Origin: an uncultured Pseudomonadota bacterium
GTDB taxonomy: Bacteria > SAR324 > NAC60-12
Length of the DNA: 27,722 nt
Assembly (NCBI GenBank): GCA_913020725.1
Contig: CAJWCD010000035.1
Location: 1-27,722 of the forward strand
Direction: 5' to 3'
The stretch's first letter is position 1, and the number at the start of each line of letters is the position of its first letter. Below, piece after piece: positions 6,490-16,895 of the stretch. The translations under genes and the position numbers were made by a program. Under the pieces are notes generated by a model, which saw nothing but the letters and a program-made list of their open reading frames with translations, ran no database searches and was not told the origin of the DNA.

Positions 6490-9063
6490 ATGCAACTGCT
6501 CCGGAAGGCGTTGGTGATGCTCATGGGGCTGGCCCTCTTTAGTATGCCCGTCCGTGCCCAACTCCCCGATCGGGTGCAGATCCGAACCTCCGGCTACACT
6601 CTGGATCCCGCGACCAACACTCTGCGCTATCAAGACGCCATCGTCACCTACGGCGATCTCACCATTGAGGGGGAGTTGTTGACTTACGACCCGAGCCAAC
6701 GGCTGATCACCGCCGAAGGCTTGGTGCGCATCACCGAGGGCGACACCATTGTTGCCGGGGAACACCTGACCTTCAACCTTGCCGACCGCACCGCCATCAT
6801 CGAGCAGGCGCAACTCTTCGACCTGCGCCAAGGAACCCGTCTCACCGCAGACCGCATCAAGCGTGTTTCAGGAACTCATTTTCAAGCGGAGAACTGCACC
6901 TTCACGACTTGCGACCCCAAGGCTCCATTTTGGGTGGTCGAGGGCAGTACGGTGGATTATCATCTGGAGAACTTTGCGAGCGCCACCAACACACTTGTGC
7001 GTATCCGGGGGGTGCCCGTTTTCTACTCTCCGTTCATGGCCTGGCCCACAGTTCGCAAGCGGAAGTCGGGAATCTTGCCCCCCAAGCTCAGGTTCACACA
7101 CAGCAGCGCTCGGCGCTACAATCTCGGCCTCCGCTTTGCCCTGCCCTACTTTTGGGCCGTTGATCCAGAACATGACCTGACCGTGACTCCAGAGTCGGTG
7201 GAAAACCGAGGTTCCGGCCTCAAGCTCGATTATCACTACGCCTACACACAAGGCATGCGGGGTTCGCTGACGGTGCAACGCTACTTCGAGAAAATTCGTC
7301 GGAACGCTGCTGAGGAATCCGGAAGCCGCAGTGTCTCAAGCGTGACGGATGCCGAATTGCGCCCCCAGCGTTTCAAACTCGCGGCGACGCACAGCCAGCA
7401 ACTCGACCCGCGTAGCCGCCTCAGCCTCTCCGGACTTGCCTACAGCGACAGTCAGTTTCAGCGCGAATATGAGAATGCCCGTAGCCAAAGCAAAAAGGTC
7501 GCCCAAAGCTTTGCTCTCTCGGTCAATCGCCAGTTTCCTTCCGGAAGTGCAACACTGGCCACCACGCACGAGCGTGTGTTCAAGGAGATTGCCCTCCTCA
7601 ATCCTGAGTTGGACAAAACTTGGGTGCAGGAGCAGCCTGCACTACGCTACCAGTTTGGCAAAAAACTGGGATCGTATGGAATGACGGAATGGGAATCCAG
7701 TGTCGGTGGTGCCCTGATCCACTATGAGCGCAGCAGTGGCTATGACGGCAACGCCGTTTTGTTTGATCCCAAAGTCCGCACACACTTTCCGGTCTTTACG
7801 CTGTTCAAGGGCAGCGTGGGGGTGGGAAAACGGATTTCTGCCTACCAAGTCAATGATCCAGACATTGAGGGCAGTTCTGGTCGTTACAGCTTCAACGTGA
7901 CCACCGCTGAAGCCGAACTGAACACCAGCCTCGTCCGCACCTACAGCCGTGACTCCGGAATCTTCAGCCGCCTCAAACACACGATCACCCCGCGCCTACA
8001 ATACGAGTACATCGAGGACAAGGAGCAAACCTTCCGGAACGCCTCGCCTCCGTTCGGGGGCCAGCTGGCCACTCGCCGACTGGCGACCTTCCGGCTGGAA
8101 AATGTGCTGCTCGTCAAGCCTCGTGTCTATGTCCGCAGTGTCCGGCTTTCCAGCCGCGCCATGACTCGCTTGCGGCGCACCACGCTCGACGCGGAAACCC
8201 TGCGGCGACTGGAACGACTGCGTGGACGCACCTTTCCGGACAAGTCCGATTTTCTGGAAGCCTTGCACACGGTCATGGGGGAAAGCTTGGACCCGGAGGT
8301 GGAGCGTCTCGTCCTCGCCCAAATTGAGCTTGGCCCCACCCCACGCGGGGGCGGAGTGTATGCTCACGGGCAGCGGGAAGGACCCGCCCGCAAATTTGGC
8401 AGCCTCCACCTGATTCAGCCTTACGATTTCCTCAAAGCTGATGCCAATTTTCAAGCCGTCGGGCCAACTCCACTTGCTGATGAAACCCAACCCGGCGCTC
8501 CACTGCTCCCCCTGCGCTTGGAACTCGACATCTCGCCAAGACCGGGACTCACCTTTGGTTTTTTCAACCGCTATCACCACCAGCACGCAAGGATCGTTGA
8601 ATACGGAGTTTCCGCCAAGGTCGGAGAGGACACCCACAACCGTGCCTCAGTGACTTTTCGGGACAACTCGCTCAAGTACGTCACTCCTCACGGCGTGACT
8701 TTCGAGCAAGAAAAAACCTTCGGATTCAGCCAGACGGTTGAACTCAGCGACGATCTCGCCTTCGGGTATTCCGGCAAGTTCGATCTTGATCCGCAGTCCA
8801 CCTCTCGCAACCGTCGGCTGATCTCGGACACGGTTACTCTCGACTACACTCCGAACTGTTGGCGCATTGCCTTGCGCTTGCAGGAGGACGTGGAGACCGT
8901 CACCCTCGGCAGCCGCACAGAAGAATACATCAACCGCAGTTTTTTCGTCAATGTCTCGTTGGGGAACGTCCCCCTTCCGGAAAGCACCTTGTTGCAACAG
9001 AATCGAGGGCGCAGCCGCTCCCAGCTGTTCGGCTACAAGGAGCGTGGCTACGGGGAGCAGTGA
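6490..9063 (+). CDS. lptD: LPS-assembly outer-membrane protein LptD (OstA family)
   Basis: Signal peptide, jellyroll N-domain, FTTCD...W, VPVFYSPFMAWP..RKSGILPP, LPYFWA, LKHTITPRLQYEY and C-terminal DYTPNCW. Confidence 0.85.
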   Translation: MQLLRKALVMLMGLALFSMPVRAQLPDRVQIRTSGYTLDPATNTLRYQDAIVTYGDLTIEGELLTYDPSQRLITAEGLVRITEGDTIVAGEHLTFNLADRTAIIEQAQLFDLRQGTRLTADRIKRVSGTHFQAENCTFTTCDPKAPFWVVEGSTVDYHLENFASATNTLVRIRGVPVFYSPFMAWPTVRKRKSGILPPKLRFTHSSARRYNLGLRFALPYFWAVDPEHDLTVTPESVENRGSGLKLDYHYAYTQGMRGSLTVQRYFEKIRRNAAEESGSRSVSSVTDAELRPQRFKLAATHSQQLDPRSRLSLSGLAYSDSQFQREYENARSQSKKVAQSFALSVNRQFPSGSATLATTHERVFKEIALLNPELDKTWVQEQPALRYQFGKKLGSYGMTEWESSVGGALIHYERSSGYDGNAVLFDPKVRTHFPVFTLFKGSVGVGKRISAYQVNDPDIEGSSGRYSFNVTTAEAELNTSLVRTYSRDSGIFSRLKHTITPRLQYEYIEDKEQTFRNASPPFGGQLATRRLATFRLENVLLVKPRVYVRSVRLSSRAMTRLRRTTLDAETLRRLERLRGRTFPDKSDFLEALHTVMGESLDPEVERLVLAQIELGPTPRGGGVYAHGQREGPARKFGSLHLIQPYDFLKADANFQAVGPTPLADETQPGAPLLPLRLELDISPRPGLTFGFFNRYHHQHARIVEYGVSAKVGEDTHNRASVTFRDNSLKYVTPHGVTFEQEKTFGFSQTVELSDDLAFGYSGKFDLDPQSTSRNRRLISDTVTLDYTPNCWRIALRLQEDVETVTLGSRTEEYINRSFFVNVSLGNVPLPESTLLQQNRGRSRSQLFGYKERGYGEQ

Positions 9064-9768
9064 ATGCAAAGCAGCCGAAAAACCCTGCTCGCGCTGACGG
9101 TTGCTTGGTTCGCTGTGCTGACCCCAGAATTGAGTTCTGCCCAAGCACAAACGCTTGCGCCGCAACCCCTGACGGAATTGGAACGCCTCAGTTTTGAATC
9201 AACGCCTGTGCTTCCAGAGCCGGATTATCTTTCCGGACAACGACGCTGGCAGGATTTTGGAGTCTATTTTGGAATTGGCGTGCGTCGCTTGGAACTGAGC
9301 CTGAAAGACAATCCGAGAGTGACCAACGATGACCTGCTGGGCAACGGGGCTGCTTTCAATGTCGGACTTTGGGATGGAGACTGGTCCTACGAGTACATCC
9401 GGGATGTGGATTTGGTGGCAAGCGACCGGACGCTAACCATGGGCGGGAAATCCAGCACCCGTCTTGCAATCGAGCGCCACGCCTTTTGGGGGAATTGGCT
9501 GCTACGAAAACAACGGGGGTTCTACCTCCACGTTGGAGGGGGGCTGCAACTCGCACGGATCGAACTCGGAGCAACCTCTCCAAAGGTTTTCAGCGACACC
9601 AGCCTCGCCCTTGGCGCAGGAATCGCTTACTTCGCCACTCCCCGGCTCTTGCTGCTTTTCCGAACCGCAGCCTCCCGCAACTTCGACTCGCTTGCGGGGG
9701 GCAAGGGAGGCCACCTGCGGGCCACCTTCACCCACACCCTCTTCCTCAACTACGCCTTTCCGCTCTGA
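9064..9768 (+). CDS. Hypothetical outer-membrane beta-barrel protein
   Basis: Starts immediately after the lptD stop. Signal peptide, strands FGVYFGIG, YLHVGGGLQ, ALGAGIAYF and C-terminal LNYAFPL. Confidence 0.7.
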   Translation: MQSSRKTLLALTVAWFAVLTPELSSAQAQTLAPQPLTELERLSFESTPVLPEPDYLSGQRRWQDFGVYFGIGVRRLELSLKDNPRVTNDDLLGNGAAFNVGLWDGDWSYEYIRDVDLVASDRTLTMGGKSSTRLAIERHAFWGNWLLRKQRGFYLHVGGGLQLARIELGATSPKVFSDTSLALGAGIAYFATPRLLLLFRTAASRNFDSLAGGKGGHLRATFTHTLFLNYAFPL

Positions 9769-9840
9769 GGTGCATTAGCCATCCTTGTATAGTAAAAGAA
9801 AATAATAATCGTACATTCAAACAATGTCGTCAATGGGAGT

Positions 9841-9870
9841 GTCCGGCGGCTGATGAGTCCGGATTTTTTT
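9841..9870 (+). terminator. Putative Rho-independent terminator after the lptD-OMP pair
   Basis: GTCCGG...CCGGAT stem with an inner GCT-GATG-AGT hairpin, followed by a run of T. Confidence 0.45.
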
Positions 9871-9875
9871 GCTCG

Positions 9876-10958
9876 TTATGGAGTGTCGGACGGTTCCCAC
9901 ACCCACTCTAGAAGCAGGCTGAAGTCCTCGGAGGTGTTGTAGATCGTGTCTTCCGTGAACCCAAAGCGCCAGCGGCTGGGAGCCGTGCGGTACTCGAATC
10001 CAAACATCATGATGAACTGGACGGTACCAATGGCTTGCACCGGAGGTTGTGGGGTTCGGTAACGCGGGGAGGCGAACTGAAACTGCCCCAACCATGCCCA
10101 GTCTGCTTCGCAGGATCGGGAAAACCCCAAAGTGCCGCTCAGGAAGGCCTTGTGCTGGGGATACGCCCGGTGCTTGGTGATTCCGGGAGCCACGCCTCCG
10201 AGGTTCACTAGCCAGTCGGTGGGGCAGTCCCAAAAGTTCCCCGTTCCCTCTACCATCAATCCCGCGCCAAAATCCCGTGCTCCGGAACTGATCGTCGGCA
10301 AATCTTTACGCGAAGGCTCCTTCCACACCAGTCGACCCGCCCAACGCATTCCGGAATCCCCGCTCGGCAGCGCGTACCGGAGCGTGGCGATCCAATCCCC
10401 CCAACCTCGTTGCGAAGCGTGCAGGTCGAGAACTCGTCCCTCGGCGACATCAGCAGAGGTGCAGCCCACACTTGGGTCGGAAGGATTGCACTGCCAGTAG
10501 CGATATTTCCCATCCGGGCGGATGCGCCGTGAATTGTACGGTAGCCCGAAGACTTCATGAAAACTGCGCATGAATGGATCCCAGCGTCCGGCACCTTCAT
10601 CAGTGTAGCGTCCAAGCACGCCAAGATCGAAGCCTGCGCCCAGTCCCAATCGCACCTGCATGGTCTGCTCCCAGCGTTCGTTGTCAACGAGGTAACGGAC
10701 ACTGCGCTCGCCCTTGTGCTTGAAAAGAACGGTGGTGTTGCTGCCCTGCCAGCCCAGTCTCACTTCGGGCACCCCGCTTTCCAGCGCACAGGGGGAATCT
10801 GGTGGTAATTCCAGCAGAATTGCGGCAGGTGGCATTTGGTTGCGATGCAGGATCGGCTTGAAGCAGGACGCGAAAACCGCTTCCGGAAGCAGGAGGCTGA
10901 AGGTCGTGCCGAGCAGGACGGACAGCAGGGTGTGGAAAAAGCGTGAGGAGCAGAGCAT
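9876..10958 (-). CDS. Exported or outer-membrane protein, DUF3187-like
   Basis: Signal peptide, WDPFMRSFHEVFGLP, GWGDW, ISSGARDFG and C-terminal FGFTED...EDFSLLLEW. Confidence 0.65.
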   Translation of the reverse strand: MLCSSRFFHTLLSVLLGTTFSLLLPEAVFASCFKPILHRNQMPPAAILLELPPDSPCALESGVPEVRLGWQGSNTTVLFKHKGERSVRYLVDNERWEQTMQVRLGLGAGFDLGVLGRYTDEGAGRWDPFMRSFHEVFGLPYNSRRIRPDGKYRYWQCNPSDPSVGCTSADVAEGRVLDLHASQRGWGDWIATLRYALPSGDSGMRWAGRLVWKEPSRKDLPTISSGARDFGAGLMVEGTGNFWDCPTDWLVNLGGVAPGITKHRAYPQHKAFLSGTLGFSRSCEADWAWLGQFQFASPRYRTPQPPVQAIGTVQFIMMFGFEYRTAPSRWRFGFTEDTIYNTSEDFSLLLEWVWEPSDTP

Positions 10959-11064
10959 GGCGACCCGCCAAGCTATCAGAGTACTTCCGGACTAAAAAGC
11001 CAAATCCAAGTTTATTAGGCACGAAGCGTGGGGTGTGCTACGATTAGTTTGGTGCGTCTGCCCC

Positions 11065-11099
11065 AACCAGCAACCAACCACTAACCACCAGCAACCAAT
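11065..11099 (+). repeat. Five degenerate tandem heptamers abutting the IOR start codon
   Basis: AACCAGC AACCAAC CACTAAC CACCAGC AACCAAT, then ATG at 11100. Confidence 0.7.
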
Positions 11100-14000
11100 A
11101 TGACGCTTCGTGATGTAACGCTTGACGACAAGTACACTTTGGAATCTGGATATGCCTTCATGACAGGAATTCAGGCGCTGGTGCGGTTGCCAATGGTGCA
11201 ACGCCGCCGTGATTTTGCCGCTGGGTGCAACACCGCCGGATTCGTCACCGGCTACCGAGGCTCGCCGCTTGGGGTGCTGGATCAGCAGATGAAACGCGCA
11301 CAGGGGTTGCTGGAGGAACATCATGTCAAGTTTCACACGGGCATCAACGAAGACCTCGCAGCAACTTCGCTCTGGGGGACGCAGCAGTCGAACCTGCACG
11401 GCGAAGGCAAGTACGATGGGGTGTTCGGTATGTGGTACGGCAAGGGTCCGGGAGTGGACCGCTCCGGAGATGTGCTGCGCCACGGAAATCTTGCGGGTAC
11501 GATGCCGCTCGGCGGGGTGTTGGCGTTGCTTGGTGATGACCACACCTGCGAATCCTCGACGACCTGCCACCAGAGCGAATTTGCGATGATGGACGCGATG
11601 ATCCCCGTCCTCAATCCCTCCGGAGTGCAAGAAATTCTCGACTACGGGCTGATCGGCTGGGCGCTCTCACGCTATACCGGAACCTGGGCCGCGCTCAAGT
11701 GCGTTCACGACACCGTGGAATCCACCGCTTCCGTTGATGTCGATTCCAGCCGCCTCCACATTGCCACGCCCACTGATTTTATGCTTCCGGAAGGCGGCCT
11801 ACAGATTCGCTGGCCCGACACCCCGCAGGAGCAGGAGCGTCGCCTCCACGAATACAAACTACCCGCTGTTCTCGCCTTTGCCCGCCTCAATCGGCTCAAC
11901 CGCACGATCTGGGACACGCCGGACGCGAAGTTAGGCATTGTCTCAACGGGCAAATCATTCATGGATGTCCGGCTCGCGCTTGAAGAGTTGGGCATTGACG
12001 AAGCGCGTGCGCAACGGTTGGGGCTGCGCCTCTTCAAGGTCGCACTGTCGTGGCCACTGGATCCCGAAGGACTCCGCGAATTCGCGCAAGGGCTGGATCG
12101 CATCATCATTGTTGAGGAAAAGCGCGGACTCATCGAACCGCAACTCAAGGGCGTACTTTACGGAATGCCGGACGCGCCAAGGATTGTCGGCAAACACGAC
12201 GAATTCGGAGCCCTTCTCTTCCCTTCGGCGATGGCGCTCGATCCCAACCACATCGCGGTTGAAATCGGGCAACGCATCTTGGAGTACGTTGCTGACGAAA
12301 ACCTGAAAACCAGAATTGCTTTCATCCAAGAGTTGATGAAGCCCGACTTGACTCCGGAACCCTTGGTGCGCTTGCCGTACTTCTGCGCGGGGTGTCCGCA
12401 TAATTCCTCGACAGTTGTGCCGGAGGGCAGTCGTGCAATCGCCGGAATTGGCTGCCACTACATGGCGCAGTGGATGGATCGCAGTACCGCAGGCTACACG
12501 CAGATGGGCGGTGAAGGCGCAAGTTGGGTGGGTGAAGCACACTTCAGCAAACGCGAACATGTTTTCCAGAATGTCGGAGACGGCACCTACTACCACTCCG
12601 GGTTCCTTGCACTGCGCTCCGCAGTTGCAGCGGAGGTCAATATCACTTTCAAGATTCTCTTCAACGACGCGGTCGCCATGACCGGAGGCCAGCGCATGGA
12701 CGGCCCGCTCACGGTTCCTCGCATCACCCAGCAGGTGATGGCAGAAGGGGCAAAGTGCGTGGCGGTGGTCACGGACGAGCCGGAGAAGTACAAGCACGAA
12801 ACAGGGTTCGCAGACGGCACCGTTGTGTGCCATCGCAAGCAACTTGACGAAATTTCACGCAAATTCCGGGAGGTTCTGGGCACCTCCGTGATTGTCTATG
12901 ACCAAACCTGCGCTGCCGAAAAACGCCGCCGCCGCAAGCGTGGGGAATTCCCAGACCCCAAGCGGCGCATCCTCATCAACGAAGCGGTTTGCGAAGGTTG
13001 CGGAGACTGTGGTGTGAAGTCGAACTGCGTGGCCGTACTGCCGCTAGAAACCGAATTCGGACGCAAGCGGACCATTGACCAATCTGCCTGCAACAAGGAT
13101 TATTCCTGCGCGAACGGGCTCTGCCCCAGCTTCGTGAGTGTGTATGGTGGACGGTTGCAGAAATCCAAGCCTACCACGGCAGGTACCGCAGCCTTTGGAG
13201 ATTTGCCCAGCCCGGAATTGCCTGCAATCAACGGGACCTACAACATCGTCGTCACTGGTGTTGGTGGCACCGGCGTGGTCACCGTGGGTGCATTGCTCGG
13301 CATGGCGGCACACCTTGAAGGCAAGGGTATCGGCATTCTCGACATGATCGGACTTGCACAAAAAGGCGGAGCAGTGCTCAGCCATTTGCGAATCGCCGAA
13401 CGTCCGGAAGATGTTCACGTTCCGCGAGTGGCAGCAGGCGCGGCGGATGTGATCATCGGCGGCGATTTGGTGGTCTCCGGTGGGCACAAGGCGCTCTCCA
13501 CGGTCCGCAAGGGTCACACACGCCTCGTTGTCAACAGCTACGAGATGATCACAGGCGACTTTACGAAAAACGCAGACTGGGTTTTCCCCAACTTGGAATT
13601 GAAGCAGGGGATCGAACACGCCGCAGGAGTCGAAAACACCGAGTTTCTGGATGCAACTCGTTTGGCGAATGCCTTGCTCGGCGATGCGATTGCAGGGAAC
13701 CTCTTTCTGCTCGGATTCGCATTCCAGCGCGGACTGATTCCATTAAGCTTGGAGTCACTGGAGCAGGCCATTGAGTTGAATGGAATCGCAATTGAGATGA
13801 ACAAAACCGCCTTGCTCTGGGGACGCCGCGCTGCGCACGATTTGGGGAAAGTCCGCAAGACGGCGTTTGCGGGAGCGCAGGTTCCGGATGAACCAACGGC
13901 ACCAAAATCACTGAACGAACTCATTGACCACCGTGCCCAAACCTTGGTGGCGTACCAGAACCAAGCCTACGCCAAACGCTACCGCTCTCTCGTTGAGCGG

Positions 14001-14621
14001 GTGCGCGAGGCGGAATTGGCGCTTGACGCCAAGGACCGCGGACGTGACCCGCTCCGACAGTCCGGAAGTTCCAGCAAGCAACCACTCACCGAAGCTGTTG
14101 CCCGCTATTACTTTAAGCTGCTGGCGTACAAGGACGAGTACGAAGTCGCCCGGCTTTTCACGAACGGAGATTTCCTCAAGAAAGTGGAAGCGACCTTTGA
14201 GGGCGATTACACGCTCAAATTACACCTCGCTCCACCGTTGTGGTCCAAGCGTAATCCGAGCACGGGTGAGCCGCTCAAGCAGGAGTATGGTCCGTGGATG
14301 CTCAAGGCGATGGGCTTGCTCGCCCAGTTAAAATTCCTGCGTGGCACGGCGTTCGACCTGTTTGGACGCACCGAGGAACGCCGTCTAGAACGGCAATTGA
14401 GCAAGGATTATGAAGCACTACTCACCGAAATTCTGCACCGCCTCTCTTCCGGAAACCATGCGACCGCTGTTGAACTTGCCTCGCTACCCGCGCACATCCG
14501 GGGCTACGATTTGGTCAAGCAGCGCAGTGTGGAAGAGGTGAAAGCCAAGCAGCAGCAGTTGTTGCAAAAACTCCGCGCAGGAACCACTCAATCGCAAACC
14601 TCTGAAGCTGTGGAGGCGTGA
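11100..14621 (+). CDS. Indolepyruvate:ferredoxin oxidoreductase family protein (fused alpha/beta)
   Basis: GYRGSPLG, WYGKGPGVDR, FCAGCPHN, TPP motif GDGTYYHSG, ferredoxin CEGCGDC...CNKDYSC...CPSF, GVGGTGV and YKDEYEVARL. Confidence 0.95.
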   Translation: MTLRDVTLDDKYTLESGYAFMTGIQALVRLPMVQRRRDFAAGCNTAGFVTGYRGSPLGVLDQQMKRAQGLLEEHHVKFHTGINEDLAATSLWGTQQSNLHGEGKYDGVFGMWYGKGPGVDRSGDVLRHGNLAGTMPLGGVLALLGDDHTCESSTTCHQSEFAMMDAMIPVLNPSGVQEILDYGLIGWALSRYTGTWAALKCVHDTVESTASVDVDSSRLHIATPTDFMLPEGGLQIRWPDTPQEQERRLHEYKLPAVLAFARLNRLNRTIWDTPDAKLGIVSTGKSFMDVRLALEELGIDEARAQRLGLRLFKVALSWPLDPEGLREFAQGLDRIIIVEEKRGLIEPQLKGVLYGMPDAPRIVGKHDEFGALLFPSAMALDPNHIAVEIGQRILEYVADENLKTRIAFIQELMKPDLTPEPLVRLPYFCAGCPHNSSTVVPEGSRAIAGIGCHYMAQWMDRSTAGYTQMGGEGASWVGEAHFSKREHVFQNVGDGTYYHSGFLALRSAVAAEVNITFKILFNDAVAMTGGQRMDGPLTVPRITQQVMAEGAKCVAVVTDEPEKYKHETGFADGTVVCHRKQLDEISRKFREVLGTSVIVYDQTCAAEKRRRRKRGEFPDPKRRILINEAVCEGCGDCGVKSNCVAVLPLETEFGRKRTIDQSACNKDYSCANGLCPSFVSVYGGRLQKSKPTTAGTAAFGDLPSPELPAINGTYNIVVTGVGGTGVVTVGALLGMAAHLEGKGIGILDMIGLAQKGGAVLSHLRIAERPEDVHVPRVAAGAADVIIGGDLVVSGGHKALSTVRKGHTRLVVNSYEMITGDFTKNADWVFPNLELKQGIEHAAGVENTEFLDATRLANALLGDAIAGNLFLLGFAFQRGLIPLSLESLEQAIELNGIAIEMNKTALLWGRRAAHDLGKVRKTAFAGAQVPDEPTAPKSLNELIDHRAQTLVAYQNQAYAKRYRSLVERVREAELALDAKDRGRDPLRQSGSSSKQPLTEAVARYYFKLLAYKDEYEVARLFTNGDFLKKVEATFEGDYTLKLHLAPPLWSKRNPSTGEPLKQEYGPWMLKAMGLLAQLKFLRGTAFDLFGRTEERRLERQLSKDYEALLTEILHRLSSGNHATAVELASLPAHIRGYDLVKQRSVEEVKAKQQQLLQKLRAGTTQSQTSEAVEA

Positions 14622-14651
14622 AGAATCAAGACTGCGGGCTTCTGAGTAATT

Positions 14652-15938
14652 TTAGGAGACGAGTCCGGAAAGCATCTCGAAGTAAGCGGGGAAGGTTTTG
14701 CGGACGCAGCCCGGATCGTTGATTGTCATGGGCACGGTTCCACATGCCGCGAGGGAGAACGCCATCGCCATGCGGTGATCGTCGTAAGTGTCAATCACAG
14801 TAGATTGTAAGGTTGTCGGAGGTGTGACGATGAGATAGTCGCGGCCTTCCTCAACCGCTGCACCAAGTTTCCGGAGTTCGGTGCAAACCGCCTCCAGCCG
14901 TTCCGTTTCCTTGACCCGCCAGTTGTAGATGTTGTGGATAGCCGTTGTTCCCTCGGCAAAAAGTGCAACGACGGCCAGCGTCATCGCCGCGTCCGGCATA
15001 CGGTTCATGTCCACCTCCACCCCACGCAGTGAACCACCGGTTAGGGTCACGGCATTTGGTTTCCAGTTCACCTTCGCGCCCATCTGCTCTAGCACTTCCG
15101 CAAAGCGTGCATCGCCCTGTAGGCTATCGGTTCCGCAGCCTTCAACTGTGACCGTTCCGCCCGTGATCGCCGCGCCGCCAAGAAAGTAGGACGCCGAGGA
15201 CGCATCGCCTTCGACATGCACGGTTCCGGGGCTTTGATAGGTTTGTCCTGCGTGAATGTGGAAGCGTTCGAAATCGTCGTTGTTTACCCGAACTCCGAAG
15301 CGTTCGATTAGCCGCAGCGTCATCTCGACGTAGGGCTGAGAGACGAGGGTGTCGGTGATGTTGAGGATCACGTCGGCACGGGCGTAAGGTGCGGCCATCA
15401 GCAGGGCGGAGAGGTACTGGCTGCTGATCACCCCGCTGATGTGCGCGGTGCCTCCGGCCAGCCCATGGGCTTCGATTTCAACTGGAGGACAGCCCGTGTC
15501 GAGCTGGCAGCGAAGCGTTGCCCCCAACTGCCCCAAGCCGTCCACCAAATCCTGAATTGGACGTTCGCGCATTCGGGGTACGCCGTCCAACACGAAACGT
15601 CCTTGTCCCAGCGTCAAGGCCGCAGTCAGCGGGCGTATCGCGGTTCCGGCGTTGCCGAGCATCAGTTCGGCCCCGGATGAGCGCAACGGTCCACCTTGTC
15701 CCACCACCGTGACTCGGTTCCCCGCACGATCTTCCATGTATGCCACACCAAGCTGATCAAAAGCGCCAATCATCGCCCGGATGTCATCGCTGTCGAGTAG
15801 GTTGTGAATTTCGGTGGTGCCCTTGGCAAGTGCTGCGAGCAGCAGAATGCGGTTGGAAAGACTCTTGGAACCGGGCAGCGAGACAGTTCCAGAAACCCGG
15901 CGGATAGGCTGGAGGGTGAGGGTTTCGGGGTGACTCAT
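14652..15938 (-). CDS. aroA: 3-phosphoshikimate 1-carboxyvinyltransferase (EPSP synthase, class I)
   Basis: [55 protein letters not shown] and KTFP. Confidence 0.98.
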   Translation of the reverse strand: MSHPETLTLQPIRRVSGTVSLPGSKSLSNRILLLAALAKGTTEIHNLLDSDDIRAMIGAFDQLGVAYMEDRAGNRVTVVGQGGPLRSSGAELMLGNAGTAIRPLTAALTLGQGRFVLDGVPRMRERPIQDLVDGLGQLGATLRCQLDTGCPPVEIEAHGLAGGTAHISGVISSQYLSALLMAAPYARADVILNITDTLVSQPYVEMTLRLIERFGVRVNNDDFERFHIHAGQTYQSPGTVHVEGDASSASYFLGGAAITGGTVTVEGCGTDSLQGDARFAEVLEQMGAKVNWKPNAVTLTGGSLRGVEVDMNRMPDAAMTLAVVALFAEGTTAIHNIYNWRVKETERLEAVCTELRKLGAAVEEGRDYLIVTPPTTLQSTVIDTYDDHRMAMAFSLAACGTVPMTINDPGCVRKTFPAYFEMLSGLVS

Positions 15939-16837
15939 GCCTGCCCGCGTATTTTGCGCTCGATGTAGAACTCGGCGGCCTTGTACGAACTACGCACCAA
16001 GGGTCCGGCGGCGATGTAATCGAAACCCAGCGCCGCGCCCGCCTGCCGCAGTTCCTCGAACTCCTCCGGAGGCAGAAACCGCTCCACCTTGAGGTGCTTG
16101 CGGGTGGGTTGGAGGTACTGCCCCAGCGTGAGGAAATCCACACCCACCTCCCGCATGTCCTGCATTGCCTGGAAGATTTCGTCCCGCGTTTCCCCCAACC
16201 CCAGCATCAGCGAGGACTTGGTGTGACGCTCCGGAGCCTTGGCCTTGAGGTAGCCCAGCACCTCCAGCGATTGGCGATACCCGGCGCGGGGATCCCGAAC
16301 TTTTTCTGTGAGCCGCGCCACCGTTTCAACATTGTGGGCCAGCACCTCTGCTCCGGAATCAATCATCTGCTGCACCAGCGGTGTTTCGCCCTGAAAATCT
16401 GGCATGAGGATTTCGATGAGCAAATCCGGATTCGCCCGTTTGGCGGCGCGAATGCAACGGGCAATGTGTCCGGCTCCTTGATCCTCCAAATCGTCGCGGT
16501 CCACCGAGGTCAGCACCACATAGCTGAGGTCCATTTTCCGGATGGTCTCGGCGAGGTGGCGCGGCTCGTCCATGTCCAAGGCGCCCGGACGCTTGGCGGT
16601 GGTCACGGCACAGAAGCGGCAACCCCGTGTGCAAGTGTCGCCCATCATCATGAAGGTCGCGGTGCCGCTGTTCCAGCATTCGCCGATGTTCGGGCAGCGC
16701 GCCTCCTCGCAGACCGTCGCCAGTTTCTGTCCGTGCGACTGCTCCTTGATCCAGTTGAAGCGCGCCCCTCCGGGAAAACGGACTTTGAGCCACGGCGGCT
16801 TGGCAGGACGGGTGGGAGTTTCCAGCATTGCGGGCAT
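15935..16837 (-). CDS. lipA: Lipoyl synthase
   Basis: [12 protein letters not shown] (CX4CX5C), CTRGCRFC radical-SAM motif and C-terminal RSSY. ATGA overlap with aroA. Confidence 0.98.
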   Translation of the reverse strand: MPAMLETPTRPAKPPWLKVRFPGGARFNWIKEQSHGQKLATVCEEARCPNIGECWNSGTATFMMMGDTCTRGCRFCAVTTAKRPGALDMDEPRHLAETIRKMDLSYVVLTSVDRDDLEDQGAGHIARCIRAAKRANPDLLIEILMPDFQGETPLVQQMIDSGAEVLAHNVETVARLTEKVRDPRAGYRQSLEVLGYLKAKAPERHTKSSLMLGLGETRDEIFQAMQDMREVGVDFLTLGQYLQPTRKHLKVERFLPPEEFEELRQAGAALGFDYIAAGPLVRSSYKAAEFYIERKIRGQA

Positions 16838-16895
16838 GGAGAATTACAGGCTGTTGGGCTTCAGATGGTCAGGGTTCACCCCAAGAGAGGGAATT

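Noticed and set aside
9061..9066. lptD TGA followed in frame by ATG of the next ORF, as a possible second Sec read-through
   Set aside because: The downstream ORF has its own signal peptide, there is no redox motif, and no clear SECIS-like hairpin follows.
9850..9870. CTGATGAG resembling a hammerhead ribozyme core
   Set aside because: No stem II followed by GAAA. The sequence fits a terminator hairpin plus T-run better.
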